Positions 41,901-57,300 of a stretch of 64,000 bases of DNA are shown here, in pieces. Source of the stretch: the human T2T-CHM13v2.0 reference genome, Homo sapiens. The stretch is taken from NCBI GenBank assembly GCA_009914755.4, contig CP086569.2:21024001-21088000 (forward strand), written 5' to 3'. Each line of letters begins with the position of its first letter. The first letter of the stretch is position 1. The translations under genes and the position numbers were made by a program. The notes below the pieces were generated by a model. It was not told the DNA's origin. It searched no databases and was given only the letters and a program-made list of their open reading frames with translations.

Positions 41901-44900
41901 TGTTATATCCTGTGTTCGTTCCTTAACATGTGTCCAGAGTTTCTTCCTTCTGAGAGGTTCATGGTCTTGCTGACCTCAAGAATGGAGCTGCAGACATTTA
42001 CGGTGTGTGTTTCAGCACTTAAAGGTGTTATATAAAGAATATGTTCATTCAGATGTGTCCAGAATTTCTTCCTTCTGGCAGGTTTATGGTCTTCTCACTT
42101 CAAGAATGAAGCTGCAGTCCTTTACGGTGAGTGTTTCAGCACTTAAAGGTGTTATGTCTAGAGTTTTTTCCTTCAGATGTGTCCAGAGTTTCCTCCATCT
42201 GGCAGGCTCATGGTATTGCTCACTTCAAGAGTGAAGCTGCAGAATTCAGTGGTGAGTGTTACAGCACTTAAAGGTGTTATGTCCAGAGTTTGTTCCTTCA
42301 GAAGTGTCCAGAGTTTCTTCCTTCTGGCAGGTTCATGGTCTTGTTCACTTCAAGAATGAAGCTGCAGACATTAGTGGTGAGCGTTACAGCACATAAGTTT
42401 TTATGTCCAGAGTTTGTTCCTTCATATAAGTGCAGAGTTTCTTCCTTCTGGCAGATTCATGGTCTTGCTAGCTTCAAGAATGAAGCTGCAGACCTTTACG
42501 GTGAGTGTTACAGCACTTAAAGGTGTTATGTCCAGAGTTTGTTCCTTCAGATGTGTCCAGAGTTACTACCTTCCGGCAGGTTCATGATCTTGATCACTTC
42601 AAGAATGAAGCTGCAGACCTTTACGGTGGGTGTTACAGCACTTAAAGGTGTTATGTCCAGAGTTTGTTCATTCGGATGTGTCCAGAATTTCTTCCTTCTG
42701 GCAGGTTCATGGTCTTGCTCACTTCAAGAATGAAGCTGCAGACCTTTAGGGTGAGTGTTACAGCACTTAAAAGTGTTATGTCCACAGTTTGTTCCTTCAG
42801 ATGTGTCCAGAGTTTCTTTCTTCTGACAGGTTCATGGTCTAGCTCACTTCCAGAAAAATGAAGCTGCAGACCATTACGGTGGGTTTTACAGCACATACAG
42901 TGTTATGCCCAGAGTTTGGTCCTTCAGATGTGTCCAGAGTTTCTTCCTTCTGGCAGGTTCATGGTCTTGCTCACTTCAAGAATGAAGCTGCAGAATTTGA
43001 TGGTGAGTGTTACAGCACTTAATTGTGTTATGTCCAAAGTTTGTTCCTTCAGATGTGTCCAGAGTTTCTTCCTTCTGGCAGGTTCATGGTCTTGCTCATT
43101 TCAAGAATGAAACTGCAGACCATTACGGTGAGTGTTACAGCACTTTAAGGTGTTATGTCCAGAGTTTGTTAGTTCAGATGTGTCCAGTTTCTTCCTTCTG
43201 GCAGGTTCATGGTCTTGCTCTCTTCAACAATGAAACTGTAGACCTTTACGGTGAGTGTTACACAATGAAAGATGTTATGTCCAGAGTTTGTTCTTTCAGA
43301 TGTGTCCAGAGTTTCTTCCATCTGGCAGGCACATGGTCTTGCTCACTTCAAGAATGAAGCTGCAGACCTTAGTGGTGAGTGTTACAGCACTTAAATGTGT
43401 TATGTCCAGAGTTTGTTCCTCCAGATGTGTCCAGAGTTTCTTCCTTCTGGCAGGTTCATGGTCTTGCTCACTTCAAGAATCAAGCTGCAGACCTTAGTGG
43501 TGAGTGTTACAGCACTTATAGTTGTTATGTCCAGAGTTTGTTCCTTCAGATGTGTCCAGAATTTCTTCCTTCTGGCAGGTTCATGGTCTTGCTCACTTCA
43601 AGAATGAAGCTGCAGACCGTAGTGGTGACTGTTACAGCACTTAAAAGTGTTATGTTCAGAGTTTTTTCCTTGAGATGTGTCTAGAGTTTCTTCCATCTGG
43701 CAGGTTCATGGTCTTGCTCACTTCAAGAAAGAATGAAGCTGCAGACCTCTACGGTGAGTGTTACAGCATATAAAGGTGTTATGTCCAGAGTTTGGTCCTT
43801 CAGATATGTCCAGAGTTTCTTCCTTCGGGCAGGTTCATGGTCTTGCTCACTTCAAAAATGAAACTGTAGACCTTAGTGGTGAGTGTTACAGCACTTAAAG
43901 GTGTTAGGTCCAGAGTTTTTTCCTTCAGATGTGTCCAGAGTTTCTTCCATCTGGCAGGTTCTTGGTCTTGCTCACTTCAAGAGTGAACCTGCAGAATTTA
44001 GTAGTGAGTGTTACAGTACTTAAAGGTGTTATGTCCAGAGTTTGTTCCTTCAGATGTGTCCAGATATTCTTCCTTCTGGCATGTTCATGGTCTTGCTCAC
44101 TTCAAAAAAGAATGAAGCTGCAGACCTTTACGGTGAGTGTTACAGCATATAAAGGTGTTATGTCCTGAATTTGGTCCTTCAGATGTGTCCAGAGTTTCTT
44201 CCTTCGGGCAGGTTCATTGTCTTGCTCACTTCAAGAATGAAGCTGCAGACCTTGCTGGTGAGTGTTACAGCAGTTAAAGTGTTATGTCCATTGTTTCTTC
44301 CATCAGATGTGTATAGAGTTTCTTCCTTCTGGCAGGTTCATGGTCTTGCTCACTTCCAGAATGAAGCTGCAGACCTTTACGGTGAGTGTCACAGCACTTA
44401 AAGGTGTTATATCCATAGTTTGTTCATTCTGATGTGTCCAAAATTTCTTCCTTGTGGCAGGTTCATGGTCTTGCTCACTTCAAGAATGAAGCTGCAGACC
44501 TTTACGGTGAGTGTTACAGCACTTAAAGGTATTATGTCCAGAGTTTGTTCCTTCAGATGTGTCCAGAGTTTCTTCCTTCTGGCAGGTTCATGGTCTTGCT
44601 CACTTCAAGAATGAAACTGCAGACACTTACTGTGAGTGTTACAGCACTTAAAGGTGTTATGTCCAGAGTTTGTTCCTTCAGATGTGTCCAGTTTCTTCCT
44701 TGTGGCAGGTTCATGGTCTTGCTCATTTCAAGAATGAAACTGTAGACCTTTACGGTGAGTGTTACAGCACTGAAAGATGTTATGTCCAGAGTTTGTTCCT
44801 TCATATGTCTCCAGAGTTTCTTCCTTCTGGCAGGTTCATGGTCTTGCTGAACTCAAGAATGAAGCTGCAGACCTTTACGGTGAGTGTTACAGCACTTAAA

Positions 44901-47900
44901 GGTGTTATGTCCAGAGTTTGTTCCTTCAGATATGTCCAGAGTTTCTTCCTTCTGGAAGGTTCATGGTCTTGCTCACTTCAAGAATGTAGGTGCCGACCTT
45001 TACGCTGAGTGTTACAGCTCTTAAAACTGTTATGTCCAGAGTTTGTTCCTTCAGATGTGTCCAGAGTTTCTTCCTTCTGGCAGTTTCATGGTCTTGCTCA
45101 GTTCAAGAATGAAGCTGCAGACCTTTACGGTGAGTGTTACAGCATTTAAAGGTGTTATGTCCAGAGTTTTTTCCTTTAGATGTGTCCAGAGTTTCTACAT
45201 TCTGGCAGGTTCATTGTCTTGCTCACTTCAAGAATGAAGCTCCAGTCCTTTACGGTGAGTGTTACAGCACTTAAAGGTGTTATGTCCAGAGTTTGTTCCT
45301 TCAGGTGTGTCCACAGTTTCTTCCTTCTGGCAGGTTCATGGTCTTGCTCACTTCAAGAATGAAACTGCAGACCCTTACGGTGAGTGTTACAGCACTTAAA
45401 GGTTTTATGTCCAGAGTTTGTTCCTTCAGATATGTCCAGTTTGTTCCCTCTGGCAGGTTCATGGTCTTGCTTACTTCAAAATGGAAACTGTAGACCTTTA
45501 CGGTTAGTGTTACAGCACTGAAAGTTGTTATGTCCAGAGTTTGTTCCTTCAGATGTGTCCAGAGTTTCTTCCATCTGGCAGGTTCATGTCCTTGCTCACT
45601 TCAAGAATGAAGCTGCAGAACTTAGTGGTGAGTTTTACAACACTTAAGGGTGTTATGTCCAGAGTTTGTTCCCTCAGATGTGCCAGAGTTTCTTCCTTCT
45701 GGCAGGTTCATGGTCTTGCTCACTTTAGGAATGAAGCTGCAGACTTTACGGTGAGTGTTACAGCTCTTAACGGTATTATGTCCAGAGTTTGTTCCTTCAG
45801 ATGTGTCTCGAGTTTCTTCCTTCTGGCAGATTCATGGTCTTGCTAGCTTCAAGAATGAAGCTGCAGACCTTTACGGTGAGTGTTACAGCAATTAATGTTG
45901 TTATGTCCAGAGTTTGTTCCTTTAGATGTGTCCAGAGTTTCTTCCTTCTGGCTGGTTCATGATCTTCCTCACTTCAACAATGAAGCTGCAGACCTTAGTG
46001 GTGAGCGTTACAGCAATTAAGTTGTTATGTCCAGAGTTTGTTCCTTCAGATGTGTCCAGAGTTTCTTCCTTCTGGCAGATTCATGGTCTTGCTCACTTCA
46101 AGAATGAAACTGCAGACCCTTACGGTGAGTGTTACAGCACTGAAACATGTCATGTCCAGAGTTTGTTCCTTCAGATATGTCCAGAGTTTCTTCCTTCTGG
46201 CAGGTTCATGGTCTTGCTCACTTCAAGAATGAAGCTGCACACCTTTATGGTGAGTGTTACAGCATATAAAGCTGTTATGTCCAGAGTTTGGTCCTTCAGT
46301 TATATTCAGAGTTTCTTCCTTCGGGCAGGTTCATGGTCTTGCTGACTTCAAGAATGAAGCTGCAGTCCTTTACGGTGAGTTTTACAGCATTTAAAGGTGT
46401 TATGTCCAGAGTTTGTTCCTTCAGATGTGTCCAGAGTTTCTTCTTTCTGGCAGATTCATGGTCTTTCTCACTTCAAGAATGAAGCTGCAGACCTTACTGT
46501 TGAGTGTTAAAGCACTTAAAGTTGTTATGTTCAGAGTTTGTTCCTTCAGATGTATCCAGAGTTTCTTCCTTCTGGCAGGTTCATGGTCTTGCTCACTTCA
46601 AGAATGAAGCTGCAGACCTTTACGGTGAGTGTTACAGCATTTAAAGGTGTTATGTCCAGAGTTTGTTCCATCAGATGTGTCTAGAGTTCCTTAATTCTGG
46701 GAGGTTCAATGACTTGCTCATTTCAAGAATGAAGCTGCAGACCTTAGTGGTGAGTTTTACAGCACTAAAAGGTGTTATGTCAAGAGTTTGTTCCTTCAGA
46801 TGTGTTTAGATTGTCTTCCTTCTGGCAGGTTCATTGTCTTGCTGACCTCAAGAATGAAGTTGCAGACCTTTACGGTGAGTGTTACAGCACTTAAATGTGT
46901 TATGTCCAGAGTTTGTTCCTTCAGATGTGTCCAGAGTTTCTTCCTTCTGGCAGGTTCATGGTCTTGCTCACTTCAAGAATGAAGCTGCAGACATTTACGG
47001 TGAGTGTTACAGCATTTAAAGCTGTTATGTCCAGAGTTTTTTCCTTCAGATGTGTGCAGAGTTTCTTCCTTCTGGCAGGTTCATGGTATTGCTCACTTCA
47101 AGAATGAAGCTGCAGACCTTAGTGGTGAGTGTTACAGCACTTAAAGTTGTTAGGTCCAGAGTTTGTTCCTTCAGATGTGTGCAGACTTTCTTCCTTCTGG
47201 CAGGTTCTTGGTCTTGCTCACTTCAAGAATGAAGCTGCAGACCTTTACGTTGAGTGTTACAGCATTTAAATGTGTTATGTCTAGAGATTCTTACATCAGA
47301 AGTGGTTAGAGTTCCTTCCTTCTGGGGGATTCATGGACTTGCTCATTTCAAGAATGAAGCTGCAGACCTTAGTGGTGAGTTTTACAGCACTTAAAGGTGT
47401 TATGTCCAGAGTTTGTTCCTTCAGATGTGTCCAGAGTTTCTTCCTTCTGGCAGGTTCGTGGTCTTGCTCACTTCAAGAATGAAGCTGCAGACCTTAGTTG
47501 TGAGCGTTACAGCACTTAAGTTTTTATGTCCAGAGTTTGTTCCTTCAGATATATCCAGAGTTTCTTCCTTCTGGTAGGTTCATGGTCTTGCTCACTTCAA
47601 GAATGAAACTGCAGACCCTTACGGTGAGTGTTACAGCACTTAAAGGTGTTATATCTAGACTTTGTTCCTTCAGATGTGTCCAGTTTCTTCCTTCTGGAAG
47701 GTTCATGGTCTTGCTCACTTCAAGAATGAAACTGTAGACCTTTACGGTGAGTGTTACAGCACTGAAAAATATTATGTCCAGAGTTTGCTCCTTCAGATGT
47801 GTCCAGAGTTTCTTCCTTCTGGCAGGTTCATGGTCTTGCTCCCTTCAAGAATGTAGCTGCAGAAGTTAGTGGTGAGTTTTACAGCACTTAAAGGTGTTAT

Positions 47901-50900
47901 GTCCATAGTTTGTTCCTTCAGATGTGTGCAGAGTTTCTTCCTTCTGGCAGGTTCATGGTATTGCTCACTTCAAGAATAAAGCTGCAGACCTTAGTGGTGA
48001 GTGTTACAGCACTTAAAGTTGTTATGTCCAGAGTTTGTTCCTTCAGATGTGTCCAGAGTTTCCTCCTTCTGGCAGGTTCATTGTCTTGCTCACTTCAAGA
48101 ATGAAACTGCAGACCCTTACGGTGAGTGTTACAGCACTTAAAGGAGTTATGCCCAGAGTTTTTTCCTTCAGATGTGTCCAGAGTTTCTTCATTCTGGCAG
48201 GTTCAAGGTCTTGCTCACTTCAAGAATGACGCGGCAGACCTTTACGGTGAGTGTTACAGCATTTAAAGGTGTTATGTCCAGAGTTTGTTCCTTCAGATGT
48301 GTCCAGTTTCTTCCTTCTGGCAGGTTCATGTTATTGCTCACTTCAAGAATGAATCTGTAGACCTTTACGGTGAGTGTTTCAGAAATGAAAGATGCTATGT
48401 CCAGAGATTTTTCCTTCAGATGTGTCCAGAGTTTCTTCCTTCTGGCAGGTTCATGGACTTGCTCACTTCAAGAATGACGCGGCAGACCTTTACGGTGAGT
48501 GTTACAGCATTTAAAGGTGTTATGTCCAAAGTTTGTTACATCAGATGTGTCTAGAGTTCCTTCCTTCTGGGAGTTTCATGTACTTGCTCATTTCAAGAAT
48601 GAAGCTGCAGACATTAGCGGTGAGTTTTACAGCACTTAAAGGTGTTATGTCCAGAGTTTGTTCCTTCAGATGTGTCCAGAGTTTCTTCCTTCTGGCAGGT
48701 TCATGGTCTTGCTCACTTCAAGAATGAAGCTTCAGACCTTAGTGGTGAGCGATACAGCCCTTTAGTTTTTATGTCCACAGTTTGTTCCTTCAGATAAGTC
48801 CAGAGATTCTTCCTTCTGGCAGGTTCATGGTCTTGCTCACTTCAAGAATGAAACTGCAGACCCTTACGGTGAGTGTTACAGCACTTAAAGGGGTTATGTC
48901 TAGAGTTTGTTCCTTCATATGTGTCCAGTTTCTTCCTTCTGGAAGGTTCATGGTCTTGCTCACTTCAAGAATGAAACTGTAGACATTTACGGTGAGTGTT
49001 ACAGCACTGAAAGATGTTATGTCCAGAGTTTGTTCCTTCAGATGTGTCCAGAGTTTCTTCCTTCTGGCAGGATCATTGTCTTGCTCACTTCAAGAATGAA
49101 GCTGCAGAACTTAGTGGTGAGTTTTACAGCACTTAAAGGTGTTACGTCCAGGGTTTGTTCCTTCAGATGTGTCCAGAGTTTCTTCCTTCTGGCAGGTTCA
49201 TGGTATTGCTCATTTCAAGAATGAAGCTGCAGACCTTAGTGGTGAGTGTTACAACACTTAAAGTTGTTATGTCCAGAGTTTGTTCCTTCAGATGTGTCCA
49301 GAGTTTCTTCCTTCTGGCAGGTTCATGGTCTTGCTCACTTTAAGAATGAAGCTGCAGACCTTTACGGTCAGTGTTACAGCACTTAAAGGTGTTAAGTCCA
49401 GAGTTTGTTCCTTCAGATGTGTCCAGAGTTTCTTCCTTCTGGCAGGTTCTTGGTCTTGCTCACTTCAAGAATGAAGCTGCAGACCTTTACGGTCAGTGTT
49501 ACAGCACTTAAAGGTGTTATGTCCTTAGTTTGTTCCTTCAGTTGTTTGCAGAATTTCTTCCTTCTGGCAGGTTCATGGTATTGCTCACTTCAAGAATGAA
49601 GCTGCAGACCTCAGTGGTGAGTGTTACAGCACTTAAAGTTTTTATGTCCAGAGTTTGTTCCTTCAGGTGTGTCCAGAGTTTCTTCCTTCTGGCAGGTTCA
49701 TGGTCTTGCTCACTTCAAGAATGAAGCTGCAGACCTTTACGGTGTGTGTTACATCATTTAAAGGTGTTATGTCCAGAGTTTGTTACATCAGATATGTCTA
49801 GAGTTCCTTCCTTCTGGGAGGTTCATGTACTTGCTCATTTCAAGGATGAAGCTGCAGACTTTAGTGGTGAGTTTTACAGCACTTAAAGGTGTTATGTCCA
49901 GAGTTTGTCCCTTCAGATGTGTCCAGAGTGTCTTCTTTCTGGCAGGTTCATGGTCTTGCTCACTTCAAGAATGAAGCTGCAGACCGTAGTGGTGAGCGTT
50001 ACAGCAGTTAAGTTTTTATGTCCAGAGTTTGTTCCTTCAGATAAGTCCAGAGTTTCTTCCTTCTGACAGGTTCATGGTCTTGCTCACTTCAAGAATGAAG
50101 CTGCAGAACTTAGTGGTGAGTTTTACAGCACTTAAAGGTGTTATGTCCAGAGTTTGTTAATTCAGATGTGTCCAGAGTTTCTTCCTTCTGGCAGGTTCAT
50201 GGTCTTGCTCACTTCAAGAATGAAACTGCAGACCCTTACGGTGAGTGTTACAGCACTAAAAGGTGTTATGTCCAGAGTTTGTTCCTTCAGATGTGTCCAG
50301 AGTTTCTTCCTTCTGGCAGGTTCATGGTCTTGCTCACCTCAAGAATGACGCGGCAGACCTTTACGGTGAGTGTTACAGCATTTAAAGGTGTTATGTCCAG
50401 AGTTTGTTCCTTCAGATGTGTCCAGTTTCTTCCTTCTGGCAGGTTCATGGTCTTGCCCCCTTCAAGAATGAATCTGTAGACCTTTACGGTGAGTGTTACA
50501 GCAATGAAAGATGTTATGTCCAGAGTTTGTTCCTTCAGATGTGTCCAGTGTTTCTTCCTTCTGGCAGGTTCATGGTCTTGCTCTCTTCAAGAATGAAGCT
50601 GCAGACCTTTACGTTACGGCACTTAAAGGTGTTATGTCCAGAGTTTGTTCCTACAGATGTATCCAGAGTTTCTTACTTCTGGCAGGTTCTTGGTCTTGCT
50701 CACCTCAAGAATGAAGCTGCAGACCTTTACGGTGAGTGTTACAGCATTTAAAGGTGTTATGTCCAGAGTTTGTTCCTTCAGATGTGTGCAGAGTTTCTTC
50801 CTTCTGGCAGGTTCATGGACTTGCTCATTTCAAGAATGGAGCTGCAGACCTTAGTGGTGAGTTTTACAGCATTTAAAGGTGTTAGGTCCAGAGTTTGTTC

Positions 50901-53900
50901 CTTCAGATGTGTCCAGAGTTTCTTCCTTCTGGCAGCTTCATGGTCTTGCTCACTTCAAGAATGAAGCTGCAGACCTTAGTGGTGACCGTTACAGCACTTA
51001 AGTTTTTATGTCCAGAGTTTTTTCCTTTAGATATATCTAGAGTTTCTTCCTTCTGGCAGGTTCATGGTCTTGCTCAATTCAAGAATGAAACTGCAGACCC
51101 TTCCGGTGAGTGTTACAGCATTTAAAGGTGTTATGTCTAGACTTTGTTCCTTCAGATGTGTCCAGTTTCTTCTTTCTGGAAGGTTCATGGTCTTGCTCAC
51201 TTCAAGAATGAAACAGTAGACCTTTACGGTGAGTGTTACAGCACTTAAAGTTGTTATGTCCAGAGTTTGTTCCTTCAGATGTGTGCAGAGTTTCTTCCTT
51301 CTGGCAGGTTCTTGGTCTTGCTCACTTCAAGAATGAAGCTACAGACCTTTACGGTGAGTGTTACAGCATTTAAAACTGTTATGTCCAGAGTTTCTAACAT
51401 CAGATGTGTCTAGAGTTCCTTCCTTCTGGGAGATTCATGGACTTGCTCATTTCAAGAATGAAGCTGCAGACCTTAGTGGTGAGTTTTACAGCACTTAAAG
51501 GTGTTATGTCCAGAGTTTGTTCCTTCAGATGTGTCCAGAGTTTCTTCCTTCTTGCAGGTCGTGGTCTTGCTCACTTCCTTAATGAAGCTGCAGACCTTTA
51601 CGTTGAGCGTTACAGCACTTAAAGGTGTTATGTCCAGAGTTTGTTCCTTCAGATGTGTCCAGAGTTTCTTTCTTCTGGCAGGTTCATGGTCTTGCTCACT
51701 TCAAGAATGTAGCTCCAGTCCTTTACGGTGAGTGTTACAGCACTTAAAGGTGTTATATCCAGAGTTTGTTCCTTCAGATGTGTCCAGCATTTCTTCCTTC
51801 TGGCAGGTTCATGGTCTTGCTCACCTCCAGAATGAAAATGCAGAACTTTACGGTGAGGTTTACAGCATTTAAAAGTGTTATGTCCAGAGTTTTTTCCTTC
51901 AGATGTGTCCAGAGTTTCTTCCTTCTGACAGGTTTGTCGTCTTGCTCACTTCAAGAATGAAGCTGCACACCTTAGTGGTGAGCGTTACAGCACTTAAGTT
52001 TTTAAGTCCAGAGTTTGTTCCTTCAGATGTGTCCAGGGTTTCTTCCTTCTGGCAGGTTCATGGTCTTGCTGACCTCAAGAATGAAGCTGCAGACCTTTAC
52101 GGTGAGTGTTACAGCATTTAAATGTGTTATGTCCAGAGTTCGTTCATTCAGATGTGTCCAGTATTTCTTCCTTGTGGCAGGTTCATGGTCTTGCTCACTT
52201 CACGAATGAAGCTGCAGACCTTTACGCTGAGTTTTACAGCACTTAAAACTGTTAAGTCCAGAGTTTCTTCCTTCAGATGTGTCCAGAGTTTCTTCCTTCT
52301 GGCAGGTTCATCGTCTTGTTCACTTCAAGAATGAAGCTGCAGACATTTACGGTGACTGTTACAGCATTCAAATGTGTTATGCCCAGAGATTTTTCCTTCA
52401 GATGTGTCCAGAGTTTCTACCTTCTGGCAGGTTGATGGTCTTGCTCACTTGAAGAATGAAGCTGCAGACCTTTACGTTGAATGTTACAGCACTTAAAGGT
52501 GTTATGTCCAGAGTTTTTTCCTTCAGATGTGTCCAGAGTTTCTTTCTTCTGGTAGGTTCATGGTCTTGCTCACTTCAAGAATGAAACTGCAGACCTTACG
52601 TTGAGTGTTACAGCACTTAAAGGTGTTATGTCCAGAGTTTGTTCCTTCAGATGTGTCCACTTTCCTCCTTCTGGCAGGTTCATGGTCTTGCTCACTTCAA
52701 GAATGAATCTGTAGACTGTTACGGTGAGTGTTACAGCACTGAATCATGTTATGTCCAGAGTTTGTTCCTTCAGATGTGTCTAGAGTTTGTTCCATCTGTC
52801 AGGATCTTGTCCTTGCTCACTTCAAGAATGAAGCTGTAGAACTTAGTGGTGTGTTTTACACCACTTAAAGGTGTTATGTCCAGAGTTTCTTCCTTCAGAT
52901 ATGTCCAGAGTTTCTTCCTTCTGACAGGTTCATGGTCTTGCTGACCTCAAGAATGAAGTTGCAGACCTTTACGGTGAGTGTTACAGCACTTAAAGGTGTT
53001 ATGTCCAGTGTTTTTTCCTTCAGATGTGTCCAGAGTTTCTTCATTCTGGCAGTTTCATGGTCTTGCTCACTTCAAGAATGAAGCTGCAGAACGTAGTGGT
53101 GAGTTTTACAGCACTTAAAGGTGTTATGTCCAGAATTTGTTCCTTCAGATGTGTCCAGAGTTTCTTCCTTCTCGCCGGTTCATGCTCTTGCTCACTTCAA
53201 GAATGAAGCTGCAGACCTTAGTGGTGAGTGTTACAGCACTTAAAGATGTTATGTCCAGAGTTTGTTCCTTCAGATGTGTCCAGAGTTTCTTCCTTCTGGC
53301 AGGTTCATGGTCTTGCTCACTTCCAGAATGAAGCTGCAGACCTTTACGGTCAGTGTTAAAGCACTTAAAGGTGTTATGTCCAGAGTTTGTTCCTTCAGAT
53401 GTTTCCAGAGTTTCTTCCTTCTGGCAGGTTCATGGTCTTGCTCACTTCAAGAATGAAGCTGCAGACGATTACGGTGAGTGTTACAGCATTTAAAGGTGTT
53501 ATGTCCATAGTTTGTTCCTTCAGATGTGTGCAGAGTTTCTTCCTTCTGGCAGGTTCATGGTATTGCTCATTTCAAGAATGAACCTGCAGACCTTACTGGT
53601 GAGTGTTACAGCACTTAAAGTTTTTATGTCCAGAGTTTGTTCCTTCAGATGTGTCCAGAGTTTCTTCCTTCTGGCAGGTTCATGGTCTTGCTCACTTCAA
53701 GAATGAAGCTGCAGACCTTAGTGGTGAGCGTTACAGCACTTAAGTTTTTATGTCCAGGGTTTGTTCCTTCAGATAATTCCAGAGTTTCTTCCTTCTGGCA
53801 GGTTCATGGTCTTGCTCACTTCAAGAATGAAGCTGCAGACCTCAGTGGTGAGTTTTACAGCACTTAAAGTTGTTATGTCCAGAGTTTGTTCCTTCAGATG

Positions 53901-54382
53901 TGTCCAGAGTTTCTTCCTTCTGGCAGGTTCATGGTCTTGCTCAATTCAAGAATGACGCGGCAGAGCTTTACGGTGAGTGTTACAGCATTTAAAGGTGTTA
54001 TGTCCAGAGTTTGTTCCTTCAGATGTGTCCACTTTCTTCCTTCTGGCAGGTTCATGGTCTTGCTCACTTCAAGAATGAAACTGTAGACCTTTACGGTGAG
54101 TGTTACAGCAATGAAAGATGCTATGTCCAGAGTTTGTTCCTTCAGATGTGTCCAGAATTTCTTCCTTCTGGCATGTTCATGGTCTTGCTCACTTCAAGAA
54201 TGAAGCAGCAGATCTTTACGGTGAGTGTTACAGCATTTAAAGTTGTTATGTCCAGAGTTTGTTCCTTCAGATGTGTCCAGAGTTTCCTCTTTCTGGCAGG
54301 TTCATGGTCTTGCTCACTTCAAGAATGAAGCTGCAGACCTTAGTGGTGAGCGTTACAGCACTTAAGTTTTTATGTCCAGAGT

Positions 54383-57300
54383 TTGTTCCTTCAGATAAGT
54401 CCAGAGATTCTTCCTTCTGGCAGGTCCATGGTCTTGCTCACTTCAAGAATGGAACTGCAGACCCTTACGGTGAGTGTTACAGCACTTAAAATTGTTATGT
54501 CTAGAGTTTGTTCCTTCATATATGTCCAGTTTCTTCCTTCTGGAAGGTTCATGGTCTTGCTCACTTCAAGAATGAAACTGTAGACCTTTACGGTGAGTGT
54601 TACAGCACTGAAAGATGTTATTTCCAGAGTTTGTTCCTTCAGATGTGTCCAGAGTTTCTTCCTTCTGGCAGGTTCATGGTCTTGCTCACTTCAAGAAAGA
54701 AGCTGCAGAACTTAGTGGTGAGTTTTACAGCACTTAAAGGTGTTATGTCCAGAGTCTGTTCCTTCAGATGTGTCCAGAGTTTCTTCCTTCTGGCAGGTTC
54801 TTGGTCTTGCTCACTTCAAGAATGAAGCTGCAGACCTTAGTGGTGAGTGTTACAGCACTTAAAGGTGTTATGTCCAGAGTTTGTTCCTTCAGATGTGTCC
54901 AGAGTTTCTTCCTTCTGGCAGGTTCATGGTCTTCTTCACTTCAAGAATGAAGCTGCAGACCTTTACGGTGAGTGTTACATCATTTAAAGGTGTTATGTCC
55001 ATAGTTTGTTCCTTCAGATGTGTGCAGAGTTTCTTCCTTCTGGGAGGTTAAAGTACTTGCTCATTTCAAGAATGAAGCTGCAGAACTTAGTGGTGAGCAG
55101 TACAGCAGTTAATTTTTTATGTCCAGGGTTTGTTCCTTCAGATGAGTCCAGAGTTTCTTCCTTCTGGCAGGTTCATGGTCTTGCTCACTTCAAGAATGAA
55201 GCTGCAGAACTTAGTGGTGAGTTTTACAGCACTTAAAGGTGTTATGTCCAGAGTTTGTTCCTTCAGATGTGTCCAGAGTTTCTTCCTTCTGGCAGGTTCA
55301 TGGTCTTGCTCACTTCAAGAATGAAGCTGCAGAACTTAGTGGTGAGTGTTACAGCACTTAAAGGTGTTATGTCCAGAGATTGTTCCTTCAGATGTGTCCA
55401 GATTTTCTTCCTTCTGGCAGGTTCATGGTCTTGCTCACTTCAAGAATGAAGCTGCAGACCGTAGTGGTGGGTGTCACAACACTTAAAGATGTTATTTACA
55501 GAGTTTGTTCCTTCAGATGTGTCCAGAGTTTCTTCCTTCTGGCAGGTTCGTGGTCTTGCTCACTTCAAGAATGAAGCTGCAGACCTTTACGGTGAGTGTT
55601 ACAGCACATAAAGGTGTTATGTCCAGAGTTTGTTCCTTCAGATGTGTCCAGAGTTTCTTCCTTCTGGCAGGTACATGGTCTTGCTCACTTCAAGAATGAG
55701 GCGGCAGTCGTTTACGGTGAGTGTTACAGCATATAAACGTGTTATGTCCAGAGTTTGTTCCTTCAGATGTGTCCAGTTTCTTCCTTCTGGCAGGTTCATG
55801 GTCTTTCTCACTTCAAGAATGAAACTATAGAACTTTACGGTGAGCGTTACAGCAATGAAAGATGCTATATCCAGAGTTTGTTCCTTCAGATGTGTCCAGA
55901 GTTTCTTCCTTCTGGCAGATTCATGGTCTTGCTCACTTCAAGAATGAAGCTGCAGACCTTTACGGTGAGTGTTACAGCATTTAAATGTTTTATGTCCAGA
56001 GTTTGTTCCATCAGTTGTGTCTAGAGTTCCTTACTTCTGGGAGGTTCATGGACTTGCTCATTTCAAGAATGAAGCTGCATACCTTTACGGTGAGTGTTAT
56101 AGCACTTAAAGGTGTTATGTCCAGAGTTTGTTCCTTCAGATGTGTCCAGAGTTTCTTCCTTCTGGCAGGTTCATGGTCTTCCTCACTTCAAGAATGAAGC
56201 TGCAGAACTTAGTGGTGAGTTTTACACACTTAAAGGTGTTATGTCCAGAGTTTTTTCCTTCAGATGTGTCCAGAGTTTCTTCCTTCTGGCAGGTTCATGG
56301 TCTTGCTCACTTTAAGAATGAAGCTGCAGACCTTAGTGGTGAGTGTTACAACACTTAAAGATGTTATTTACAGAGTTTTTTCCTTCAGATGTGTCCAGAG
56401 TTTCTTCCTTCTGGCAGGTTCATGGTCTTGCTCACTTCAAGAATGAAGATGCAGACCTTTACGGTGAGTGTTACAGCACATAAAGGTGTTATATCCAGAG
56501 TTTGTTCCTTCAGATGTGTCCAGAGTTTCTTCCTTCTGGCAGGTTCATGGTCTTGCTCACTTCAAGAATGAAGCTGCAGTCCTTTACGGTGAGTGTTACA
56601 TCATTTAAAGGTGTTATGTCCAGAGTTTTTTACATCAGATTTGTCTAGATTTCCTTCCTTCTGGGAGTTTCATGGACTTGCTCATTTCAAGAATGAAGCT
56701 GCAGACCTTAGTGGTGAGTTTTACAGCACTTAAAGCTGTTATGTCCAGAGTTTGTTCCTTCAGATGTGTCCAGAGTTTCTTCCTTCTCCAGGTTCATGGT
56801 TTGCTCACTTCAAGAATGAAGCTGCAGACCTTAGTGGTGAGCGTTACAGCAGTTAAGTTTTTATGTCCAGAGTTTGTTCCTTCAGATAAGTCCAGAGTTT
56901 CTTCCTTCTGGCAGGTTCATGGTCTTGCTCACTTCAAGAATGAAGCTGCGGACCTTAGTGGTGAGCGTTACATCACTTAAGTTTTTATGTCCAGAGTTTG
57001 TTCCTTCAGATAAGTCCAGAGTTTCTTCCTTCTGGCAGGTTCATGGTCTTGCTCACTTCAAGAATGAAGCTGCAGACCTTTACGGTGAGTGTTACAGCAT
57101 TTAAAGGTGTTATGTCCATTGTTTGTTCCTTCAGATGTGTCCACTTTCTTCCTTCTGGCAGGTTCATGGTCTTGCTCAATTCAAGAATGAAACTGTAGAC
57201 CTTTACGGTGAGTGTTACAGCAATGAAAGATGCTATGTCCAGAGTTTGTTCCTTCAGATGTGTCCAGAGTTTCTTCCTTCTGGCAGGTTCATGGTCTAGC